The translations under genes were made by a program, and so were the position numbers. From Nitrosopumilaceae archaeon (GTDB taxonomy: Archaea > Thermoproteota > Nitrososphaeria > Nitrososphaerales > Nitrosopumilaceae), in NCBI GenBank assembly GCA_965200155.1, contig CBDATR010000012.1, forward strand, positions 1-27,327: a stretch of 27,327 nt of DNA, written 5' to 3'. Below are positions 19,759 to 27,327 of this stretch, piece by piece; positions within the stretch are counted from its first letter, which is position 1; every line of letters starts with the position of its first letter. The notes below the pieces were generated by a model. The model did not search any database and had not been told where the DNA came from. It saw nothing but the letters and a program-made list of their open reading frames with translations.

Positions 19759-21380
19759 ACATTCCAACCTCTCACAAATTTGGTTACCCCGCAATCCTGC
19801 CTGTTCACGCCCGACTGCTCTATCACTCCATGATTGACTGGAGTAGATGTACCACACCATATCACTCCAGTTCGCTCGACCGGTGATGGAATGGCAAGGC
19901 CGCTCTTCCATGCAGAGGGGCCATCTGACTCTACCATGTATTGAATTGTCCCGCCAGGGTGATCTAGAGTAGCTGTAATAGTATCATGGTATAATGATTG
20001 CGCCAGTGGCTCCAGAAGGGTCCCGTTGGACGTGTAAATGAGATTCCCCATCATGGCAGGCATCCTTAAAGTGAGAATAGCGGGCTCACCGGTTGCTATT
20101 ACTCGTATAGTGGAGCCATCCCTATTCAATGATACGTCCAGGTTGGACTCAAATGTAGTCACGTATGGTAATATTAATGGCGGGCGGCGCGTCTCCATGA
20201 CATCAAAGTCAACCGTCACCGTGCTACCGGGCGGACATACTGTTGGCGCTACCATATGGGGATCACCAGATACAAGACTCATACGAATGGAACCATGAAA
20301 GCCGGAACCATACACTAATGCTGTGGGTCCATCCCAGGCCCGTAAAATCAAATCCTCCAGGCAGTCGCCGGTACAAGTGTCATTAGGAATCATATGTATT
20401 ATAATGTCGCCATCATTATGCGGTATGGTAGCCGAGAGAACGCCGCCGGTAACTGTATAAGTAGTCTCAATGGGGTGACCATTCTGCCAGAAGGTATACT
20501 TGGAGCCAAAGGCAGGCATTACCACATCTAGAATGCCCGGCTCTATTGAGTGGCCCCGTATGATGGCCTTTCCTGGAGTAGTAGAGTATGATTCCACGCG
20601 GTATGTCTGGGAAGACCATGACAGGCCGGATAGCGTCCCCGCCTGCATGATGTTATCTGGGCCTGAAATATCAATGACACTCTCATCCTGCATTCCCAGT
20701 AACATGTCCAAGTGGGAACGATCAGAGTAGAACCACATGGATGCATCCACGAATGGATCATAACGGTCCGCCTTGAATATACCCGCCAGGGGAATAGGCT
20801 GTGTTATGTCAATTAAGAATGCGGCGCTGCCCTCGCCGGAATATTCCACCATATACAAGTCATTATTCCCTTCTAGAACGATTACATCCCCCCACATCTC
20901 GCCCACTTTGACGATTCCGGGGCCGTCCATAAAGTCATTAATTGCAAGAATAGTATCCTCCAATGAGCCCACAAACATTCTTGACTGATCAATGAAGGGA
21001 GCCTTTAGCGTACCATCATATAGTAAGATGTATGTTTGTGTGGGTATACCCGGTGGTATGGAATCCTCCAACAACTCCAAGTCAATAATAGGGTCGCCGG
21101 TCATTATGAAACGTTCCGGTATGTAATTTGGATAATCCATGTCTTGGAGGAACCCGGCCATAATGGTCATTTGTGCCTGTACAATCCAGTATGGCTTGTT
21201 GTAATGGAGAACAGAAGTCAGGAAATCAAGGCTGGCATCATAGCATAGTTGTCTAGTGGTATCACAAATGGTATAGACATACGTGTCATGAGTGGCACCG
21301 GTCCCCGGCTCCCAGTATAGGGCATGCGCCATTCCGGGAATAATCACTATTACCATGATTATGGCCGCTAGACCTTTCAT
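19749..21380 (-). CDS. Secreted mosaic protein with repeated beta-rich domains and a degenerate, interrupted thermonuclease (SNase)-like domain
   Basis: Signal peptide; two similar G.L...MPA....(F/Y)..NG...E...AT..H..G.I segments; CTGDC...DGPT...SIRMSLV...CPPGSTVTVDFD...R.GVIWCG...C..F..W recalls thaumarchaeal SNase-like proteins (from memory, not searched). Confidence 0.6.
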   Translation of the reverse strand: MKGLAAIIMVIVIIPGMAHALYWEPGTGATHDTYVYTICDTTRQLCYDASLDFLTSVLHYNKPYWIVQAQMTIMAGFLQDMDYPNYIPERFIMTGDPIIDLELLEDSIPPGIPTQTYILLYDGTLKAPFIDQSRMFVGSLEDTILAINDFMDGPGIVKVGEMWGDVIVLEGNNDLYMVEYSGEGSAAFLIDITQPIPLAGIFKADRYDPFVDASMWFYSDRSHLDMLLGMQDESVIDISGPDNIMQAGTLSGLSWSSQTYRVESYSTTPGKAIIRGHSIEPGILDVVMPAFGSKYTFWQNGHPIETTYTVTGGVLSATIPHNDGDIIIHMIPNDTCTGDCLEDLILRAWDGPTALVYGSGFHGSIRMSLVSGDPHMVAPTVCPPGSTVTVDFDVMETRRPPLILPYVTTFESNLDVSLNRDGSTIRVIATGEPAILTLRMPAMMGNLIYTSNGTLLEPLAQSLYHDTITATLDHPGGTIQYMVESDGPSAWKSGLAIPSPVERTGVIWCGTSTPVNHGVIEQSGVNRQDCGVTKFVRGWNVWC

Positions 21381-21962
21381 GCCGGTATAGTGGTTCTATG
21401 ATGGGTTAATGGGTTATACTCTACCGTACCATTTAGTCCTCTCCAGTATTGAGGCTGTCTTGTACCCCAAACTTTAACGACATAGTCGCTTCATCTCCAG
21501 CTTGTTACTCATTTAGAAGTCGGGTATTTTGGTATCCGGCCACTGATCCCCGATCACCATACTTGGATGAGGGGTGGTCTATTACCGGCTTCTCGTCCGG
21601 CCCAAAGCCATGATACCAGAGTTGTGTCCACCTTATATGACAACCGTTCCGGCAGGAATAATTCTCGTCCTTGTAATGCCAGACTCTGGCTTCCTTACAT
21701 TTGAGGCATTAGAAAGTATGGCTTCATAAAGTCTGTCTAAACCGGCCATTCATTCAATGATGGTATAATCCCTGAACAGGGCCGGAATAATACCCTATGA
21801 GCATTCCCGTTATTTCTGGTACAGGTTTCCAGTCATGTTATAGTGTCATTGAATCTTCTATGGCAAATCCGGCACAGGCGCGTCACTGAATAACTCATGG
21901 GCGTTACCATCATTCTCAGGACAGATTCTGTCAAGGGTGGTCATGTTAGTCCCATTAGAAAG

Positions 21963-22157
21963 TCATGGAATACGCATGGGTGGATTCCTGATTCTATACC
22001 TGCCATGACAAGTCCCCCTGGGAACGCGCCTCAATGACATGCCACAACAGGGGCACTGTATGTGTGTCTTGGGGAACTTTTTCTTACAAGTCCCGCACCA
22101 GTTATGTCTGGTGTAATCTAACTGGCCCTGGATACAATAATTCCTGCACGAGAACAT
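21963..22157 (-). CDS. Small Zn-finger protein
   Basis: CRNYC, WCGTC, CPCCG.SLR..PR; resembles a small conserved thaumarchaeal Cys-rich family; promoter motif at -28..-23. Confidence 0.7.
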   Translation of the reverse strand: MFSCRNYCIQGQLDYTRHNWCGTCKKKFPKTHIQCPCCGMSLRRVPRGTCHGRYRIRNPPMRIP

Positions 22158-22165
22158 CTAGAGTT

Positions 22166-22195
22166 AGATTATAACTTGAATAAAAGGGCGGCCAT
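22166..22195 (-). promoter_or_regulatory. Putative promoter, 30-bp direct repeat copy 1
   Basis: AGATTATAACTTGAATAAAAGGGCGGCCAT (coding strand TGGCCGCCC-TTTTAT); 29/30 identical to 24802-24831. Confidence 0.75.
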
Positions 22196-22280
22196 GCTAT
22201 TCCTTTCCACAATTGCAATGGAATCCCATATGGTAGAGACACTAGCATTAGTAATCGTTCTTTTCATCAATGGTGAATGA

Positions 22281-24092
22281 TTACACCTTCCTGTATATGC
22301 CGTGCCTGTCCAATATCACCCGGCCAGCATTATGCAGGCGGTTTATCACCTTTTCAATATCTGGTAAACTCCGTTTCATATCATGTGCTACCTCCTCGGC
22401 GGTGTGGCCATCCTCGCTATTCTCTATCAAATCAAGAACATGCTCGGCGATATTCTTCTTACCCGCGACTACCCTTGCATAGTCCGTCTTGCCTGTCTCT
22501 GATGTCAATAATACTTTCTGTATCATATTCTCTATCAAGTAGACTGCCCTGTTTGCATCATCGACTGTTATCTCTTTCCGCCGGTATACCTTGGCCATGG
22601 CGCCGGCTAGACGATGTGCTGCCTCCACCTGGCGGGGCGTAGCTTTGATATCCTGCGACCTCCAGTTCTGACGGGCGCTTACAAAATATTTCTTTATGAT
22701 CTTGGCGGCCTCCACTGTCATGACAGGATCCAGGTCACGTACTGTTCTGATATACGCTGTCACGTCTTCCGGTGACAAGCGGTTCTCCTTCTTTGTAGAG
22801 AATAATATGGCATTGGCTATGTCAGCATCATGTTCCTCGTTGGGCTGATCTTTCAAGTTGAAGATCAAGTCAAACCGGGATATCAGACTGTCCGGCAAGT
22901 CGATATTTTCCTTGATATCCCTGGTCACATTCCAGCTACTATCCTTGGGGTTTGCCGCGGCCAGTATTGATACGCGAGCGTGCATTGTGACCAACGTTCC
23001 CAATTTTGCTACCGAAACCGTCTGCTGTTCCATCACTTCATGAAGTCCGGCCCTGTCTGTCTTTTCCGTTTTGTCAAACTCATCCATACATAGAACGCCG
23101 CCATCAGTGAGTACGGCGGCTCCGGCCTCCAGATACATCACCCCGTCCTTGTCCCGATTCATGCCCGCGGTAAGTCCCGCGGAAGTGGCCCCCCTGCCAG
23201 AGGTGTAACGTCCAAGTGGCGCCAAATTTGCAGCCTCCTTGAGTAGCACTGATTTGGCGATTCCCGGGTCCCCCACCAGTAGTATGTTTATGCTGGAGCG
23301 GCCTTTCATGGATTCCGGCCCGCCCACCATCAATAGAATAATGGCCTCCTTCACTACTGTGTGGCCGTGTATTTTAGTGGCGAATGAGTCCAGTAATGCT
23401 TCCATGGGATCACCATCTATTTCTGGTGGGATGGTCTCCTCAACTTTTTCCTGTAATGAGACGTTATTCACCAGGAATTCATAGTCGTATCCCGCCTTTG
23501 TTGTTTTCAGCGTCATGACACCATTCATTATACACCGATCACCGGGATTGACCACCTGTATTAGTGTGCCATCAAGCCTGCAGGGAAGCATACGGGGAGC
23601 CCGGGTCCCGGCTATCTCCTCGAATTGCTCGGCTAACAAGATATGCTGGGTGTCCACGAATTTGGAGTCTGCCTCACTCCTCTCGAAAAAGCCGCGGCCG
23701 CATGGGCACTTGGTAGGCTTTTGGCCTGGATCAGTTGTCTTGATGTTGTTACAGACGCTACATCGCCATCCCACATCAAGGGCCAATGGTATGGGCTGAC
23801 TTATCCTGGATATCATGCCCCGGAACTGTACCCACTGCTTGTTCTGACTTACGGCGGCCTGGGCGACGGAGATGGCTGCATCACTATTCGTCTCTACTCT
23901 AATGGACCAGTCATTGTGGGCCTTTGCTAATTCGCGATTATGCCGGGCCACTTTTTCCTTGTATACACCAGATAACTTGTCTAAGTGTGATAATGGATCG
24001 TCCTGGAATGTTTCCGGGAGTGTGTCATATCTAACGGCCACATATCGATGCTCCAGCGTTCCCATTATATCGTCCGGTATTACATTCATCAT
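22281..24092 (-). CDS. mcm: MCM replicative helicase
   Basis: Zn finger CSVC...CPC, PGDR, Walker A GDPGIAKS, GLTA, EAGA.VL.DGG, Walker B CMDEFDK, AAANP, arginine finger SRFD, TPRQ.EA, C-terminal wHTH. Confidence 0.97.
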   Translation of the reverse strand: MMNVIPDDIMGTLEHRYVAVRYDTLPETFQDDPLSHLDKLSGVYKEKVARHNRELAKAHNDWSIRVETNSDAAISVAQAAVSQNKQWVQFRGMISRISQPIPLALDVGWRCSVCNNIKTTDPGQKPTKCPCGRGFFERSEADSKFVDTQHILLAEQFEEIAGTRAPRMLPCRLDGTLIQVVNPGDRCIMNGVMTLKTTKAGYDYEFLVNNVSLQEKVEETIPPEIDGDPMEALLDSFATKIHGHTVVKEAIILLMVGGPESMKGRSSINILLVGDPGIAKSVLLKEAANLAPLGRYTSGRGATSAGLTAGMNRDKDGVMYLEAGAAVLTDGGVLCMDEFDKTEKTDRAGLHEVMEQQTVSVAKLGTLVTMHARVSILAAANPKDSSWNVTRDIKENIDLPDSLISRFDLIFNLKDQPNEEHDADIANAILFSTKKENRLSPEDVTAYIRTVRDLDPVMTVEAAKIIKKYFVSARQNWRSQDIKATPRQVEAAHRLAGAMAKVYRRKEITVDDANRAVYLIENMIQKVLLTSETGKTDYARVVAGKKNIAEHVLDLIENSEDGHTAEEVAHDMKRSLPDIEKVINRLHNAGRVILDRHGIYRKV

Positions 24093-24142
24093 TCATCAAG
24101 TCCTGGAACAATCCTGATTACCGATAAAAGGACGGACATGAC

Positions 24143-24793
24143 TCATAATAGCATGGCAGACTGATGGTACGTTATTTCATCGCCATACTTGATGGTGGCA
24201 GGCTCCCTTGCAGATAAATGGATGGTTGCCATCATACTAGCTATCCTGGGAACGCACTCCATCAAATCATTCAATAATAGCCTAGAGTACCCCCTGCCCG
24301 TAACCTGGGCCGGTACCATAATATCACAACTATTCCCTTCCGGCCCGTGGAAGAGAGCAGTTCCCTGCCGTATCGATATTACAATGACTGATGTCCCTGT
24401 GGCGGCGACATCAGCTAATGCATTGTAAAAGACATTGGTTGGTAATGTTATGGTGCCGCCCTCACCGGTTTTTGGTGCATCAAGGAATGGAACAGGTTCC
24501 TGTCGGCGCAGCTTGTACCGGATTTGTCCATCATCCATGACTAGTGACTCATCACTTAGTGAAAGAGTGATGTCATTTTGGAGTCGTCGCGCCATCTTTA
24601 CCATTTGTGTGGTATCCACGCTGGCATCACTGCCGGTACTATCTGTCATGTCCGGCGTGTACTGTAACCGCCGGATATGGTTATAGTCCATGGCAGAGAA
24701 CGAGCCCCGTTCCGGGCTGATTGTGACATCGCCCAGCTGGGATAGTGTACCGGCTACATATCTTAGCACTCCATGACTGGCTGTGAATTTCAC
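24143..24793 (-). CDS. pcn: Divergent PCNA-like sliding clamp
   Basis: From GTG at 24793: MKFTA...SAMDYNHI (compare PCNA AMDPSHV), F..AL.DV, G.S..LL..L, P..IKY...ITY..SA. It is directly upstream of mcm, and the start is supported by promoter spacing. Confidence 0.7.
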   Translation of the reverse strand: MKFTASHGVLRYVAGTLSQLGDVTISPERGSFSAMDYNHIRRLQYTPDMTDSTGSDASVDTTQMVKMARRLQNDITLSLSDESLVMDDGQIRYKLRRQEPVPFLDAPKTGEGGTITLPTNVFYNALADVAATGTSVIVISIRQGTALFHGPEGNSCDIMVPAQVTGRGYSRLLLNDLMECVPRIASMMATIHLSAREPATIKYGDEITYHQSAMLL

Positions 24794-24801
24794 GGGACAC
24801 C

Positions 24802-24831
24802 AGATTATCACTTGAATAAAAGGGCGGCCAT
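24802..24831 (-). promoter_or_regulatory. Putative promoter, 30-bp direct repeat copy 2
   Basis: AGATTATCACTTGAATAAAAGGGCGGCCAT; TTTTAT lies at -28..-23 from GTG 24793. Confidence 0.75.
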
Positions 24832-25078
24832 ACCTTGTTACAGGTTCTATGCCGGAATCATGGTTAGCAATTCCCCTTGTAAAGATACACGCGCATTGGC
24901 CAGCTCAAAATGCAACGTGATGGCGAATCATGTATCCAGGAGTGATGCATTTGAACGGGGCGGGAAGCCATTCATGCACTCTCCATGTCAGATAATCCGT
25001 GAATCATTCATCACTCTTGGGTGATCAATTGATCGCATGGTTATTGACATATCAGTCGTGTATTCGGGATTATTCCAG

Positions 25079-25882
25079 CTAAATTTCCCCGTTTTCCAAA
25101 TCCACATAGTAATCTTCCATGTACTCCTCAACGGTTTGATTGTTAGATTTCAGATAGCCGGTCTTTCTGTAAGCGTCATAATAGCCCGGTGGGGCGCCAT
25201 CCCATTGCTCCCGGCAGAATACGCAGTGACTATACACAGGATGTATGGAAACCATATCAGGATGTGCGCAAAAGTATATGCAAGCCTCGTGCTCACCGCC
25301 CTTGGGACATTTCCCCACTCTTACACGCCCGGAATTACAAGACTCGCTTACCTGATCAAGGAATAGCTGTTTACCTGCTGGTGGGGACGTTGCATTCATG
25401 GATTTCAATTCTCTTTCTGTGGCACGGCGTGGCTCGGTCCATGGATCATCCCAGTATACATTCTTTGCCCTGAACCACGGGTGCATGCCCATTTCAGTCC
25501 AGCATCTCAGGCACGTACAGGAGACTTTCTCCGGGGTGACGGTTACCGTGTATGAGTGCATTCTGTAATGTTTCTTGTGTAATGGTGGTATATCCCTTGG
25601 ATCCAGTGGATTATTCTTGGAGCGTTTATAGGGTAGGTTGACGTAATAGTCAGGATTCTCACAGTTCTCCTCATAGTTGCTACACTTGCCGTAATCAAAC
25701 CGGCCAACAAATACGTCGGGCCGTATACGGTCCATGTAAAAGAATATCTTTTTGTCCAGTTCATTGAATGGGTGCAACGTAGGGTAGAATGTCCAGGCGT
25801 ACAATGGGGTCTTCGTTAACGGCATTTTACTATCTTCCATGACCAAGTCCGGTTTTGACCATTTCTTGTGGTATACTCCCAT
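25079..25882 (-). CDS. Hypothetical Cys/His-rich protein
   Basis: 267-aa ORF with an AT-rich TATA about 25-35 nt upstream; CTCLRC and CPKGGEH...CVFC motifs (same CxxGGxH type as 3213-3578). Confidence 0.7.
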   Translation of the reverse strand: MGVYHKKWSKPDLVMEDSKMPLTKTPLYAWTFYPTLHPFNELDKKIFFYMDRIRPDVFVGRFDYGKCSNYEENCENPDYYVNLPYKRSKNNPLDPRDIPPLHKKHYRMHSYTVTVTPEKVSCTCLRCWTEMGMHPWFRAKNVYWDDPWTEPRRATERELKSMNATSPPAGKQLFLDQVSESCNSGRVRVGKCPKGGEHEACIYFCAHPDMVSIHPVYSHCVFCREQWDGAPPGYYDAYRKTGYLKSNNQTVEEYMEDYYVDLENGEI

Positions 25883-25919
25883 TACTATAATGATATTCAG
25901 GATACCTTATAAAATATAA

Positions 25920-27327
25920 TAGACCGTATGCGCAGAATCACTTCTCCCACCCTGCACGTCTAAACCAAGTTGTTAGATACGAACAATTGACCTAGTATCA
26001 TGGGTTTTCCCACAGACTCGTGTGAAACAGAAAAGTTAAGACCTAATTTTGTAATACCAGGTATGCTAAAAGCAGAAGAACTCACCAGGGAGCAGTTAGT
26101 CACAGAGTACTACCGGCTACGCACCGAGTCTGAGGCCGAAGTAACAAACCTGCGTGGCAAAAATGACAGTCTGCACGCCAAACTTGAAGCTCAAACAAAG
26201 AATGCCCTCGTTTCAAATCTTGATGACATCATAGAACGCAAGGATCAGCTTCATTCCCTGACCGGATGCACCCCGGAAGAGTTCAAATGGATACTAACCA
26301 GATTCACAGAATACGTAGAGTCCCTGGAAGGCGATGATGCACGGCGATTCTTAGAACTTACAAATGATCGCGGGCACGTGAACAAATTTCCGGTCAGGCA
26401 TGTACTCTTAGTTACACTGATACGCCTGCGCTGCAATACAAAGCAGGAGCTGCTGGCAGCAATACTCAAGATAAACCAGTCAAACATATGCCGTTACATC
26501 CAGTTTACAAAGCAGGGACTGATCAAGATACTCCCAACGGCCGATACCGTTGCAAAAGCAATATCACAAATCAAGTCAGCATCGGACTTTAAGGAAATTG
26601 TTCCCGGTCGAGCCGGAGGGGAGATAAAGACTGACGGGACACATGTACGCGTACAACGTCCTGAAAAAAATCAGGAGGCAATGTACTCTGGTAAACAAAA
26701 AACCCACACGTATAACGTACAGATAACATCAAACAAGAAAAGACTGATAATTCACGTAAGTGGAGTATATGAGGGAAAAAGACACGATTATGGTATATTC
26801 AAGAATGATATTCCCCTCGGTGGCAAATGGGGCAAGTCCCTAAAAGAATCAACCACGCTGCCATCTGAGAAGATAACAGTAATAGCAGATGCAGGATACC
26901 AGGGTATGAAAGACTTCCTACCCGGCGCAAAGGTCATGATTCCATACAGGGGTAGGGAATCACTCACTAAAACTGAAAGGAAATACAACCAATATGTATC
27001 AAAAAGGCGCATATTAATCGAGCATGTAATTCGAATGCTAAAGGTATATCGTAGATTAAGTCAGGTATATGATGGCAGTCGTGAGGAATTCCGGGATCTA
27101 CTCGTAGTATCCGGGTTGCATAATTTACACATTATGCACAAGCATACCAGGTACAAGAAATTCTTGAAAAATATCTGTCCATAATTTCCGTGTTATTATA
27201 ATTCGAATATTACTCATCAGAAAATCCACTAAATTAATGGGTTTTGTGGTAACCATTTAGCTCACTCATGATATACGTCATCAAGATCCGGTCACCCCAC
27301 TACACGACATTTGTAATCACGGCATAC
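25920..27327 (+). mobile_element. IS5-family (ISL2/Harbinger-like) insertion sequence; right end probably cut by the window
   Basis: Left end defined by similarity to 11897-11928; the window ends in GCATAC, the reverse complement of GTATGC in the left end (weak evidence). Confidence 0.7.
26000..27184 (+). CDS. DDE transposase (DDE_Tnp_4/HARBI1-like with HTH)
   Basis: LTG..PEEF, HTH QELLA..LKINQSNICR, DGTHVRVQRP, YSGKQKTH, HD, ADAGYQG, KRRILIEHVI..LK.YR. Confidence 0.93.
   Translation: MGFPTDSCETEKLRPNFVIPGMLKAEELTREQLVTEYYRLRTESEAEVTNLRGKNDSLHAKLEAQTKNALVSNLDDIIERKDQLHSLTGCTPEEFKWILTRFTEYVESLEGDDARRFLELTNDRGHVNKFPVRHVLLVTLIRLRCNTKQELLAAILKINQSNICRYIQFTKQGLIKILPTADTVAKAISQIKSASDFKEIVPGRAGGEIKTDGTHVRVQRPEKNQEAMYSGKQKTHTYNVQITSNKKRLIIHVSGVYEGKRHDYGIFKNDIPLGGKWGKSLKESTTLPSEKITVIADAGYQGMKDFLPGAKVMIPYRGRESLTKTERKYNQYVSKRRILIEHVIRMLKVYRRLSQVYDGSREEFRDLLVVSGLHNLHIMHKHTRYKKFLKNICP

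Noticed and set aside
19474-19911. 145-aa ORF with start at 19911
   Set aside because: The first ~50 codons overlap the 543-aa gene; the meaningful part is the TFB Zn ribbon starting near 19758.
21510-21750. Minus-strand CLKC...CRNGC fragment
   Set aside because: No in-frame start; possibly a Zn-finger pseudogene, but too weak to call.
24794-24811. ORF-track start for the PCNA-like gene at 24811
   Set aside because: Only about 5 nt from the TATA-like box; GTG 24793 fits promoter spacing and the PCNA N-terminus.

Overview
An archaeal accessory region, most likely a partly decayed integrated mobile element (plasmid/ICE-like or proviral). It probably comes from a Nitrososphaerota (thaumarchaeal) host; this is inferred from the protein families, not from a search. 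It encodes divergent information-processing proteins (MCM helicase, PCNA-like clamp, primase large subunit PriL, a frameshifted TFB-like factor, an RHH regulator), a Type IIG-like N6-methyltransferase/restriction gene coupled to a PLD-SNF2 helicase, surface or secreted proteins (FN3, CAP, A24 prepilin peptidase, a mosaic SNase-like protein) and several pseudogenes. A single-ORF IS66-family element and its non-autonomous derivatives (shared end GTATGAGTTCAC, 8-bp target duplications) have invaded the window, and an IS5/ISL2-like element sits at the right end. Three signals stand out. First, a recurring C-rich BRE-position + TATA promoter motif precedes many element genes, alongside a self-encoded TFB with an altered recognition helix. 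Second, two long C/G homopolymer tracts each frameshift a gene (surface protein and R-M enzyme), suggesting phase variation. Third, IS66 ends bound unrelated DNA. No integrase, capsid, DNA polymerase, PriS, tRNA, rRNA or CRISPR array was recognised.
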